From a virus: DNA of 64,000 bases. Positions within the stretch are counted from its first letter, which is position 1, and each line of letters starts with the position of its first letter. Below, one piece after another: positions 46,629-56,341 of this stretch. The stretch is from IMG/VR virus record IMGVR_UViG_3300017788_004205, positions 1-64,000 of that record. One strand, 5' to 3'. The translations under genes and the position numbers were made by a program. The notes under the pieces were generated by a model. It saw only the letters and a program-made list of their open reading frames with translations. It made no database searches and was not told the origin of the DNA.

Positions 46629-48947
46629 ATGAGATATTCTAACATACACGAATCATTTTTTGACTTTTTGAGATTTGTATCAGACGATGAAGAAAAGAGA
46701 ATCATCCAAAGAGTGGATGAATACTTAAATAACAATCCTGATTTTACTTATGATATGGAGTTCAATCTTCCAGGTCTTTGTCCAATAGAAAGAATTGCAC
46801 AATCATTAGTAATCAATGAAGGAAAGCTTAGAAAGGTTTTGAAGAATGTAGCTAAAAAAACAAATAGTATAGGCATAGCATCAGTTAGTTCAAAAGTATG
46901 GTCTGGTGATGTTCTTATATCTCTTAGTTTAGATGGTAACTTTAAGTTGAAAGGAAGTTCTTATAAGAGAAGTGTAGTAAGAGAATCATCAAATGATTCA
47001 ATTTCTGATTCAGGTGCTTATTTGAATGAATCATTTCTTTCGGCTCTTAAAAAAACTTTTGGATTTGGGACTTCAATAGATAAAGAAGAATTAGATAATG
47101 CGGCATTGGAAGTTGTAAAATTTCTTTATGATAGACCAGTTTATGACTATCATAAGAAAAGTGCTACTCCTGGGTTGATTTTCCTTTCTTTATTGTCTGA
47201 GGATAAATATACAAGTATTCCTTTCAAAACATTAGAGGAACTATTCAAATCAGATGTTTTAGATAACTGTGAAGTTATTAAGTTCAAATATAAAGATATC
47301 GAAGGCCCTCTTGTGGTATTTGGAAAGCCAGAACTAAGTAGAAAAGAATACCTTGTAGAGCACACAGCAGATTTCACAGAAATGCTTCTCATAAAAGAAA
47401 TTCAAAGAAAACTTATAGAAAAAGGGTTCTTAAATGATTATAATGATGACTTTAGAAGAAGAAAAAGTTCAATATCAGGAGAACTCAGTAAAGCTACTAT
47501 AACAGCTATATTGAATTTCCAAGATAAGTATAAAATTCCAACCGTAAGAAGAGGTGATATAAATATAGAGACGCTTCGTAAACTTGGGGTTAACCTTTCA
47601 TTCTTGGGTATTGACTTAAATATAAGTGAAACACCATTAATTGAAAAGTTGAAAAAAGAAGCAGAGTCTATCGGTCTTTCTCTTGCATCAAAAACATCAA
47701 GTCAACCAAAAATCACATCAATTGATGCTCCAATCTATACAGAAGATGGTTCCGATGATTATGATGATTCTTATTCTGAATACTCTTCACCAGAAGAAGT
47801 TCAGACTTCATCGGTTGATGATGAAACACAACAACCAACTCAAAGAATAATACAAACTGCATCACAACAATCAACTGGAGGTCAAACTCCGCAATTTACT
47901 GTTGGTGGAATTGCAGAAAGTGGAGTGATTGTAGATAGATTATTGAACGAATGGGATATTGTTAAAAGTTATGTTGATTCTGTTCAGAACATGAATATAA
48001 AAACTGAAACTTCTATGTTATTGATGTCAGCTATTGGAGATAATTCTAAACTATCTGAATCAACTAAAAAAGAAGTTCTCTCAAAAGTTCTTTATTTCAT
48101 GTTACAAGGTAAGGGGGGTTTCTTCCAAAATGTGGGAGGATTTGATAAGTTTCAAGGTGATTTGAATTCTTTGGTAAGAATAGATTGGATAGGACTTAGA
48201 AGTAAATTAATTTCCTATATCAATAATCCAGAAAATGTCGCAAAGGATAAAACACAAGGAAAAGAAATTTCAGATTCGTTAAAAGTAGAGCTTCAAGCTA
48301 TTCTTTCTAATTATGGTATAACTCCTACATCATCATTTTCAAGTTTCACTTCTTTTGCAAAAAGAAAGGAAGAAATGGGTTCTACTACAACCCCTTTTGT
48401 GAATCCAGATTTAGATGACGATGACGATGATGATGAAATAGAAATTTCTACAGATATTGCTCCTGAGCCTCCTGTTGTTCCTTCTCAAAAAATAGAAAAT
48501 GAATCTGACCCACGACAAGATAAGATAAAGGTAGATTTTATCGTATCTAAATTGATGGATAAAAATATGTTTGATTTCTATAATTCATTGACTAAAGAAA
48601 TAAAAAATAAAGAGAAGATAAAATCTAAAGGAATGGCTCCTACTCTAAGACTTGCTATAAATAAGATATTTGGAGAGCAATCGAAATTAGAATCTATCCA
48701 GAAAGAATCTATTATTTCTGAGTTGTTAGATATGTTACTTAAAAATGATAGTCTTTTCTCCAAAAATATGGGAAAGGCTCCTTTCATAAAGAAATTCTTC
48801 ACTACAAATGAACTTGATAAGTTTAATCAAGTTGATTATAAGAATCTCAGCTCAACTTTGATAGATTTTATTCTTTTCTCCGAAATAGAAGTAGCGAATG
48901 AAATCACAGCTAAACTAAACAGTTTATATGCTAAATATAGTAGTTAA
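46629..48947 (+). CDS. Putative internal head protein with peptidoglycan-binding domain and duplicated helical domain
   Basis: IKEIQRKL...GELSKATITAILNFQ...GDINIETL; GDNSKLSESTKKEVL vs GEQSKLESIQKESII repeat; IHES/INEG/LNES sites. Confidence 0.6.
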   Translation: MRYSNIHESFFDFLRFVSDDEEKRIIQRVDEYLNNNPDFTYDMEFNLPGLCPIERIAQSLVINEGKLRKVLKNVAKKTNSIGIASVSSKVWSGDVLISLSLDGNFKLKGSSYKRSVVRESSNDSISDSGAYLNESFLSALKKTFGFGTSIDKEELDNAALEVVKFLYDRPVYDYHKKSATPGLIFLSLLSEDKYTSIPFKTLEELFKSDVLDNCEVIKFKYKDIEGPLVVFGKPELSRKEYLVEHTADFTEMLLIKEIQRKLIEKGFLNDYNDDFRRRKSSISGELSKATITAILNFQDKYKIPTVRRGDINIETLRKLGVNLSFLGIDLNISETPLIEKLKKEAESIGLSLASKTSSQPKITSIDAPIYTEDGSDDYDDSYSEYSSPEEVQTSSVDDETQQPTQRIIQTASQQSTGGQTPQFTVGGIAESGVIVDRLLNEWDIVKSYVDSVQNMNIKTETSMLLMSAIGDNSKLSESTKKEVLSKVLYFMLQGKGGFFQNVGGFDKFQGDLNSLVRIDWIGLRSKLISYINNPENVAKDKTQGKEISDSLKVELQAILSNYGITPTSSFSSFTSFAKRKEEMGSTTTPFVNPDLDDDDDDDEIEISTDIAPEPPVVPSQKIENESDPRQDKIKVDFIVSKLMDKNMFDFYNSLTKEIKNKEKIKSKGMAPTLRLAINKIFGEQSKLESIQKESIISELLDMLLKNDSLFSKNMGKAPFIKKFFTTNELDKFNQVDYKNLSSTLIDFILFSEIEVANEITAKLNSLYAKYSS

Positions 48948-49881
48948 AAAACCAAGAGATGTAGTTGATTATATTAGAAATGCTTCTACTGTAAAGGAAC
49001 GTTCTGATATTATTAAATATGTTAGTTCTAATTTTTTATCATACAAGACAGCAAGCGGAGAAATTCCGTTGAAGCTCGGGGATAAGAATCAAGATATTCA
49101 AGTTATCCAAAGTATTCTTGTAGGTTTGAATTTCTTAAAAGAAGAAGATTTAACAGGAGTTCTTGATGCTACTACAATGAAAGCTATAAAAAGATTGGGT
49201 TCACAATTCAAAATAGCTGTTGATGTTAATGCGCCTTTATCGAAGTCTATAATAGATTTATTTCTTAGGATGGAATATGGTCAGGATTACACACCTGGCA
49301 TGAAAGATATTCCAAAAGAAGCATATGCTGATAAATATAATTGGCCATCGAGACCAAGTGGACATAATCCACTTAAATACTCAGAAATTCAAAATATATT
49401 TGGAAAGATTGAATATGTTCCAACACATGGAAGATATATCAAGATAACAAATAACTTTATAAATGATAATATCATAAGTATAGAGATACCACAATTAGCT
49501 AAGATTGCAAATCCAAGAGGAACCAAAGTTAAATGTCATAGATTGATTGCAAATCAACTTAAAGCTCTTTGGGAGACTTGGGAAAAGGTTGGTCTTTTGA
49601 ATAGAGTTAAAACATATAATGGTCTTTTTGTCCAAAGATTTATGACTGGTACAAATAATACAAAATTAAGCTATCATTCATACGGAATCGCATTTGATAT
49701 AAATGCTGGAACAAATGGATATGGAGTAAATCCACCTGCTATTGGAGAAAAAGGTTCACTTAGAGAGCTTGTTCCTTATGCTATGGATTTAGGCTTTTTC
49801 TGGGGTGGTCATTTTAGAGGAAATAAAGATGGTATGCATTTCGAAGTATGCAAAATATTGAATCCAAATATTGTTGTTTAA
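48928..49881 (+). CDS. Peptidoglycan-binding domain + M15 metallopeptidase (M15C/D,D-carboxypeptidase-like)
   Basis: LKLGDKNQDIQVIQSIL...TGVLDATT; SYHSYGIAFD and DGMHFE zinc motifs. Confidence 0.85.
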   Translation: MLNIVVKKPRDVVDYIRNASTVKERSDIIKYVSSNFLSYKTASGEIPLKLGDKNQDIQVIQSILVGLNFLKEEDLTGVLDATTMKAIKRLGSQFKIAVDVNAPLSKSIIDLFLRMEYGQDYTPGMKDIPKEAYADKYNWPSRPSGHNPLKYSEIQNIFGKIEYVPTHGRYIKITNNFINDNIISIEIPQLAKIANPRGTKVKCHRLIANQLKALWETWEKVGLLNRVKTYNGLFVQRFMTGTNNTKLSYHSYGIAFDINAGTNGYGVNPPAIGEKGSLRELVPYAMDLGFFWGGHFRGNKDGMHFEVCKILNPNIVV

Positions 49882-49885
49882 TTTT

Positions 49886-50863
49886 ATGGAAAATAGAAGA
49901 ATACTTACATATGACAAATTCAATTTAAATGAAGTTCTAATAACAGGGCCAGAACAAGCTATTTCTATTATTTCCGCTGAGTCTGATAAGAGTGCTAAAA
50001 AGAGAATAATAAAAGAAATAGCGCAAGAATATTTCTCAGATGATTTGATTTTTGGTAGAACCCAACTTTCTTTGAATTCTCAAAGCCAAGATGTTTCTGT
50101 TTTACAAACAATACTTAAATCTCTCGGGTATTTGAAAAAGCATATAGTAGATGCGAAGATAGACCAAGAAACAATGATTGCAGTCCAATCGTTTGCAAAA
50201 GGTTTCGGGATTTCAGTTGATGTAAATCAGCCAATACCAGCTGATGTTATTAGAATACTAACAGAATTTGATTCTGCAAAGTATGATGAGATAGAAGCAA
50301 AAGAAACTCCTAAAAAAGAAATACAACAACCCTCGACTCCAACAACACTTTCTATCGTTATGCCACAATCTTCTGTTAATAGAGGAGAAGGTGCTAACTA
50401 TGGTGTTAATTTTCCAGACCAAAAATATGAGAATAAATATAAATTCTCCATTCAGTATAGTAAAGCAAAAGATGGTGAAAAAAATGTTTCTCCAAATTTT
50501 AAGGTAAAAGATTTTGCCTGTAAAGATGGCTCCGATGTTATACTTATAAACCCTTATTTAATTGAGCTTCTTGAAAAAATAAGAGCTCATTTTGGAAAGT
50601 CTTTGAACATAAATTCTGGATATAGAACCCCTCCATATAATAGAAAAATAGGAGGCGCTGGTATTTCTCAGCATATGTTTGGAAATGCAGCTGATTTTAG
50701 GATAGATGGAGTAACCCCTCTTCAAATATGTACATGGTTAAATACTTTTCATACAGGAGGCATAGGTCTTTATGTCACAAAAAACTTTACTCATGTAGAT
50801 GTTAGAAATGTTATTGGAACTGAAAAAGCCACATGGTCTAAACCGAAGAGCGTAAAGTTTTAA
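49886..50863 (+). CDS. Peptidoglycan-binding domain + M15A (Peptidase_M15_3) metallopeptidase
   Basis: DVSVLQTILKSLGY...DQETMIAVQSF; NFKVKDFACKDG, NSGYR, SQHMFGNAAD, FTHVD; likely ATG 49886. Confidence 0.88.
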   Translation: MENRRILTYDKFNLNEVLITGPEQAISIISAESDKSAKKRIIKEIAQEYFSDDLIFGRTQLSLNSQSQDVSVLQTILKSLGYLKKHIVDAKIDQETMIAVQSFAKGFGISVDVNQPIPADVIRILTEFDSAKYDEIEAKETPKKEIQQPSTPTTLSIVMPQSSVNRGEGANYGVNFPDQKYENKYKFSIQYSKAKDGEKNVSPNFKVKDFACKDGSDVILINPYLIELLEKIRAHFGKSLNINSGYRTPPYNRKIGGAGISQHMFGNAADFRIDGVTPLQICTWLNTFHTGGIGLYVTKNFTHVDVRNVIGTEKATWSKPKSVKF

Positions 50864-50887
50864 TAAACAAATAATAATAAGATATAT

Positions 50888-52141
50888 ATGATACATAACA
50901 TAAAAGGAAATACATTGAATACAGTAGACCCTATACTTTCTTTTAGAGACTTTATTACTTCCCAGAAGAGTCCGATTGGTCATTCTCATACTCTTATTGC
51001 AAATGAGTATATTCCAGTTGCTGAATCACTTTTAGAAAGTACCTTTATTCAATTGAATGAGGCACAAAAATGTATCTTAGAATTCATAAAAGAAAACAAA
51101 TTGAACCCTGAAAAGTGGATTTTGCTAAACGAAGATGATTATTACCAACGAGTTCAAGATTGGTTTAGTGAGAACTTTTTTAATCCTACTGAAAAGATTA
51201 TCAGTGGAGCTATTGAGTGGGTTAAAATATATGGTTCAAATTTGACAAATGCTGTTAGCGCTGTTGTTTCTAAATTTATGGAAAGCGTAAAAAATATTTG
51301 GGAAACAGTAAAAATAGATACAAACTCATGGTATCTTGGAAATAAATCTCTCAAAAGACAAGTTACAATGAGTATAAATCAGCAGTTCGGTGCAGTTGGT
51401 GAGTCATTAAATGAAAACTCTGAGGATTTTATATCGGAACTAACAAAAGAATCAAGTCAGCTTAACAATATGTTTGTAGAATCTGTTAAGAACATAGTAG
51501 AAGGAGAGTCTTTTGCTTCAAAGGTAACCATGTCTATAAATAAAATGCTGAATGAATCTAATAGCTATAATTATTCTTTTAATTCATCTTTGAATGGTAC
51601 AATTTCAGAACTTTTACCTAATGCTATAAAAGAAGGTGTTTTGAATGTAGAGCAATTTCCAATAGCATCTAAAAAAGGAAATATTAAAAGATTTGATGAG
51701 CATAATTCTGTTAATGAAGCATTTGAATTTATTGATAACTTTTTTAACTGGTGTGTATCAAAACTTGAAGTGCTTCCTCCATTTAGTTGGTTGAAAGAAT
51801 GGATGAATGAATTGGAAATTAAAAATAACTTAAACCAAACTCTTGAAGGTGCAAGTGCTTTTTTAACAAAATACTTTGGCATCCCAGGCCCTTATCAGTT
51901 TGAGAAATTAGACCCAATTTATTCTGTTATAATCACAGGATTGATAGACTTTGGTAAATATCAATTAGTCAATAAAGTTCTAACTGCCATTTTACCGTTT
52001 ATACCTATTGTTGGGCCTATTCTTTCGTTTATGCTTACTATTTATGGCTTCTTCATATTAGCTCAAATTATTTTTGAGCTTATTGAAAGTTTTAATGGTG
52101 GTGGAGATGAAACTTCAACTGAACCTCAACCTACAAATTAA
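50888..52141 (+). CDS. Putative internal head protein with C-terminal hydrophobic helices
   Basis: ILSFRDFI; several LNE/VNE sites; VLTAILPFIPIVGPILSFMLTIYGFFILAQIIF. Confidence 0.6.
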   Translation: MIHNIKGNTLNTVDPILSFRDFITSQKSPIGHSHTLIANEYIPVAESLLESTFIQLNEAQKCILEFIKENKLNPEKWILLNEDDYYQRVQDWFSENFFNPTEKIISGAIEWVKIYGSNLTNAVSAVVSKFMESVKNIWETVKIDTNSWYLGNKSLKRQVTMSINQQFGAVGESLNENSEDFISELTKESSQLNNMFVESVKNIVEGESFASKVTMSINKMLNESNSYNYSFNSSLNGTISELLPNAIKEGVLNVEQFPIASKKGNIKRFDEHNSVNEAFEFIDNFFNWCVSKLEVLPPFSWLKEWMNELEIKNNLNQTLEGASAFLTKYFGIPGPYQFEKLDPIYSVIITGLIDFGKYQLVNKVLTAILPFIPIVGPILSFMLTIYGFFILAQIIFELIESFNGGGDETSTEPQPTN

Positions 52142-52152
52142 TATTTTGATGT

Positions 52153-54093
52153 ATGATTACTAAATTTAACCAATATCAAAAACTTTTAGAAGATGAAATG
52201 ATTCAACCTATGTCTGCTGGTTCAGGTGGAAGTTGGATTGAAAAAGAATCTTTGAATAAAGGAGCCATTTCTGGTTACTTTGCCCGTAAAGCTAAGGCAA
52301 AGGCTGATTCTACTGTTACTACTCCAGAAGTGAAAGATGAAAAAACTGTTGTTGATGTTAAAACAGAAGAACAAATTCAAAACTATAGTCAACTATTAAC
52401 AGATACTCCAATCTTGAATATGTCAGCAAAGGCATATGCAAGTTTGAATGGTTTAACTCAAGATGGTAAAGAACTTGATTTAGAATTAGATGGAGATTTA
52501 ACAGAAGAAAGTGCTATGATTGATATTGCATATAAGTATTATATCAAGAATATCACAGATATTATTATGGATGTGCAAGACGCTCCAACTAATTATATGG
52601 TCGAAGAAGTTAGCCAAGATGTTCTGGTAAAACTAAATAATAACCCTATAACTATCGGGACTTTGATTGGGGGTGCTTTGACAGAATGGTTTGCGTCTAA
52701 GCAACCTATAAATAATTTGAATAGTTCTTTGGAATCGGCATATATTAGTCCAAAAGAAGGGTTGAGAGAATCATTTGGAATAGAAATGTATCCACTGAAT
52801 GAAAATTCTGGAAGAAGTGTAAAATTCATAACAAACCTTGTAAATAAATATCAAAAATTAGAAAAAGGAAGCGGTGTTACATCATCTTTAACTAAAGGTA
52901 AATTCGGTTCTGCTTTTTCTGGTTATACTCCAGTTTCAAGAAAATCTGGAATGAATTTAAGTTCTACTTTAGGTTCAGGTTCAGCTACAATGTCAAATCC
53001 TTCAGTAACAAGAGCTATTAATACTAAGATTCCAAAATCTTTGGATGATGTTAAGGATGTTGCAAATAAATTGTCCGCTGGAGGTAAAACCCCTAAAGCT
53101 GGTTTTTTGAAAGCCGCTGAAAACGCAATCAAGAACAGAACTTCAAACATAAACAGCAAGATACTTTCAGCCAAAAGTTTATTCAAATCGAATGTTATCT
53201 CTAAAACAATTGGACTCGTTTCTCTTTTTTATCTACCGAGCTTTGTTATGAATAAAGTTTTGGGTGAGTGGATGCGCTTTTTTGATTCTCCAAAAACAGG
53301 TGAAGAAAATGCAATAGACTTCTTAATGGCATTTGAAGAAGATATGGTATCAAGAGGATATTCTCCATTCAAAACCTATAATAAGATTTACAAAGATTAT
53401 CAATTTAATATTGATAAATATGGAAATAATTTCAAAGAAATAGTAGTTGGATGGTGTGAAAGTTTATACAATGCTAAAATCATAGATAATCAAATTTTTG
53501 ATATTTGTCAGCGCCAAATAAAAAGTGATGTTTTTGAAATATATATAAAAGAAAGCTCATATATTTCAAAAGAACTTTCTTCTTATTTAGAAAACAAATG
53601 GCAAAACAACATAACATTTCCTACTCCAACTTTAACAACATTTTCTACTATTGTGTTGTTTATTAGTTTATTGGAAAGATTTGAAGACCAATTTTATGAA
53701 GGTAAAATTCCTATTCAATTGCCTAAAGAACTTTCTGATATTAAAAGGTTCGATAAAGATGGAAATGAAAGAAATTATCTAACCATCGGAGATTCTGGTC
53801 AAGATGTTGTTATACTTCAAGATATGCTTAAAATGCTTGGATTGTATAGAGGAGAATCTGACGGAGTATATGATGAAGAAATTTCAAATCTAATTGAGGA
53901 TGTAAAGCAAAGAGCAAAGGTTTCAAACCCTGATGTTATAGTTGATGGTAATGCAGATAATGAAGCATTAGAATACATAGAAAAATTCCTCATTCTTAAA
54001 TCTGAAAAGGTTCAAGGAAATATTGGGGGCAGAATAAGCTCTCAAAAACAAGAACTGCGCTCTCAAGTCGCGAAGTCTCTTGATAATCGATAA
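52153..54093 (+). CDS. Putative internal head protein with C-terminal peptidoglycan-binding domain
   Basis: MITKFNQYQKLLE; LTIGDSGQDVVILQDMLKMLGLY..ESDGVYD...VDG. Confidence 0.65.
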   Translation: MITKFNQYQKLLEDEMIQPMSAGSGGSWIEKESLNKGAISGYFARKAKAKADSTVTTPEVKDEKTVVDVKTEEQIQNYSQLLTDTPILNMSAKAYASLNGLTQDGKELDLELDGDLTEESAMIDIAYKYYIKNITDIIMDVQDAPTNYMVEEVSQDVLVKLNNNPITIGTLIGGALTEWFASKQPINNLNSSLESAYISPKEGLRESFGIEMYPLNENSGRSVKFITNLVNKYQKLEKGSGVTSSLTKGKFGSAFSGYTPVSRKSGMNLSSTLGSGSATMSNPSVTRAINTKIPKSLDDVKDVANKLSAGGKTPKAGFLKAAENAIKNRTSNINSKILSAKSLFKSNVISKTIGLVSLFYLPSFVMNKVLGEWMRFFDSPKTGEENAIDFLMAFEEDMVSRGYSPFKTYNKIYKDYQFNIDKYGNNFKEIVVGWCESLYNAKIIDNQIFDICQRQIKSDVFEIYIKESSYISKELSSYLENKWQNNITFPTPTLTTFSTIVLFISLLERFEDQFYEGKIPIQLPKELSDIKRFDKDGNERNYLTIGDSGQDVVILQDMLKMLGLYRGESDGVYDEEISNLIEDVKQRAKVSNPDVIVDGNADNEALEYIEKFLILKSEKVQGNIGGRISSQKQELRSQVAKSLDNR

Positions 54094-54117
54094 TAATACA
54101 AAAAAACCAAAAAAGTT

Positions 54118-55572
54118 ATGCTGTTCAAAGGATTTTTACCAAATGTCAATCAGATACAGAAAGTAAATGAAAATGACAACAAAGACTTCTCAAAAGATGT
54201 TCAATTTTACAATGAAAGCTTTGATGGAGGTATTTTTAGAAAAAAAGCACAAGCCACATTAAATGAACTTACCCCTTATAATCTTTTGAGGGGCTTAGAG
54301 ATAGATACAGATTCTAAAGTTTATGCTAAACTTGCAGAAGATATGCCTACTTGTAAAGATGTTTTTGCTGAAAGTTCTGCTGAAAAACCTGTTGTTTCTC
54401 AAATTTTGATTACTCAATTAGATAAAGTTTCTGAAATGATAACACAGGTTAAGTCTGTTAATCCTGATTCTGAAGAATTTGATGCAATAGTATCCGCATC
54501 AAAGGATAAAATTAATATTCAAAAATTAAAAGCTATATTTAAAAGCATAAAGGATTTCGAAGGAGCAAGTGGAAATGTTGATTTTATAACATCACTGATT
54601 GTTGAATTAAAGAAAAAAATGCAAGGAGATAAAACTCCCCTTAAAGCAAAGGTATATGATGTTATAGATTCTAAAAATCTTGAAGAAATTGGATATGAAG
54701 ACATGACTACGAAATCCGTTAATTGGTTATCAGATGGAGGCGATATTGGGACTATGTTGTCTGATATGGATGCTATCCACAGAATAACCGCTTTCTTTGA
54801 GCTTTTAACTCCTCTTTTAAATATTAAAGGATTTGGATATATTCAATACAAAGAGAATAATGTTTACGATTATTTGAAATCTGGTTTAGACCTTGTAAAT
54901 ATTCTTTTAAACATCAAACTACCAGAAACAAGTTTTCAACAATATTCGGATTTGATTAAAGATATTGGTGCTAAAATTATAGCACCTGAAATAGATTTGC
55001 TTACAAGTAAATATGCAAAAAGCATTTATTTCCCAACTATTCAAACTCTTTATGTTTCTCTTTTATCTCTCTATACATTGAAAGTTATTAGTTCAAGTAT
55101 AACTTCTGTTGAAAAGAAAGAAGAAATAGCAAAAAAGGAAGAGGAAACAAAGAAAGCTGAGATGGCTAAAGAAGTTACTGCAAGCCAAGTTAACAGTAGC
55201 ATTAAAGCAATAGATACCTTGGATAAATCTGGATTCTTTACAAGTAAAAAAATATTTTACACTACACCAAAGAAAAAATATACTCCAGAAGAAAAGAAAA
55301 TGATTCCACAAATAAAGGAGTTTGTTACTACTCTCGGTTTAGTAAAAGACGCTGATGATAGTTGGAAAAAGGAAGAAAAATTCGATTCAATTCTTTCAGA
55401 TGCAGTTAAGAATTTCCAAGGTTCTATTCAAATAGATAAAAAAATATTAGCTGTTGATGGTAAAATAGGGCCAAACACAAGAAATGCAATGTTGGCTTAT
55501 TTAGAAGCTCTTAAGATGAAAACGGGAGTTGTTGCTTCCACTGATGTAAAAAAAACTAATCAGAGTACCTAA
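54118..55572 (+). CDS. Putative internal head protein (family A) with C-terminal peptidoglycan-binding domain
   Basis: DAVKNFQ...VDGKIGPNT; SIYFPTIQTLYVSLLSL similar to 56342/61099. Confidence 0.65.
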   Translation: MLFKGFLPNVNQIQKVNENDNKDFSKDVQFYNESFDGGIFRKKAQATLNELTPYNLLRGLEIDTDSKVYAKLAEDMPTCKDVFAESSAEKPVVSQILITQLDKVSEMITQVKSVNPDSEEFDAIVSASKDKINIQKLKAIFKSIKDFEGASGNVDFITSLIVELKKKMQGDKTPLKAKVYDVIDSKNLEEIGYEDMTTKSVNWLSDGGDIGTMLSDMDAIHRITAFFELLTPLLNIKGFGYIQYKENNVYDYLKSGLDLVNILLNIKLPETSFQQYSDLIKDIGAKIIAPEIDLLTSKYAKSIYFPTIQTLYVSLLSLYTLKVISSSITSVEKKEEIAKKEEETKKAEMAKEVTASQVNSSIKAIDTLDKSGFFTSKKIFYTTPKKKYTPEEKKMIPQIKEFVTTLGLVKDADDSWKKEEKFDSILSDAVKNFQGSIQIDKKILAVDGKIGPNTRNAMLAYLEALKMKTGVVASTDVKKTNQST

Positions 55573-55650
55573 TCTCTAATAAAGAATTTTAAGAGAAGGT
55601 TAGCGGGTGTGTTTTACAACACATTTTAAATTAAAAAAACAAAAAGACAA

Positions 55651-56274
55651 ATGAAAATTCGCAATTTCAACGACTTTATATTAAATGAACAATCACTTTT
55701 TGAAGAAGGTGTTAAATCATCTAATCCTGAATTAACATCTAAGTTAGTTCAACTATTGGATGAAAAAAGTGAAGATGTAAATACAATCAAAGGATTGATT
55801 AACAGAGGTGCTGATATTAACGCAGTTGATACAGAAAAAGGAGCGAGCGTTCTTCATTTTGCGGCTATGCTGAACAGTGTAGATTTGGTGGACTTTTGCT
55901 TGAAAAAGGGAATCCCTGTTGATGTTAAAAGTAAAGCTAAAGCCACGCCTCTTCATTGGGCATGCACCAATAAAGCTTTAGAAGCTGTTCAATTCCTTAT
56001 AAAAAATGGAGCAGATGTAGAGGCTGTAGATGAAAATGGGATGACAGCATTGCATCATGCTTCTTATACGAATTCGATTGCAGTTGCAAAATATCTTGTT
56101 TCAATTGGAGCAAATCCAAATGCGGAAGATAAAAATGGTAAAACTCCTATTGAATTAGCAATGGAAGAAAAAGCAAAAGGGACCGTTAAAGCCCTTTCTT
56201 CTTCTGTTGATTTTTCTAACTTTGAATTTGAAGGAAAAGTTTATGATTTTTCAAAACTTATACCTCAAACTTAA
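55651..56274 (+). CDS. Ankyrin repeat protein with capsid-targeting-like N-terminus
   Basis: GASVLHFAA, ATPLHWAC, GMTALHHAS, GKTPIELA with GAD/GAN turns; MKIRNFNDFILNE. Confidence 0.9.
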   Translation: MKIRNFNDFILNEQSLFEEGVKSSNPELTSKLVQLLDEKSEDVNTIKGLINRGADINAVDTEKGASVLHFAAMLNSVDLVDFCLKKGIPVDVKSKAKATPLHWACTNKALEAVQFLIKNGADVEAVDENGMTALHHASYTNSIAVAKYLVSIGANPNAEDKNGKTPIELAMEEKAKGTVKALSSSVDFSNFEFEGKVYDFSKLIPQT

Positions 56275-56306
56275 TGCTTAAAATTGAAAAAGGAATTTCA
56301 ATTTTC

Positions 56307-56314
56307 GATATATA
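56307..56314 (+). promoter_or_regulatory. Putative late promoter GATATATA
   Basis: 28 nt upstream of ATG 56342. Confidence 0.65.
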
Positions 56315-56341
56315 CTAAGAGATAAAAAATACAAGTAAATC

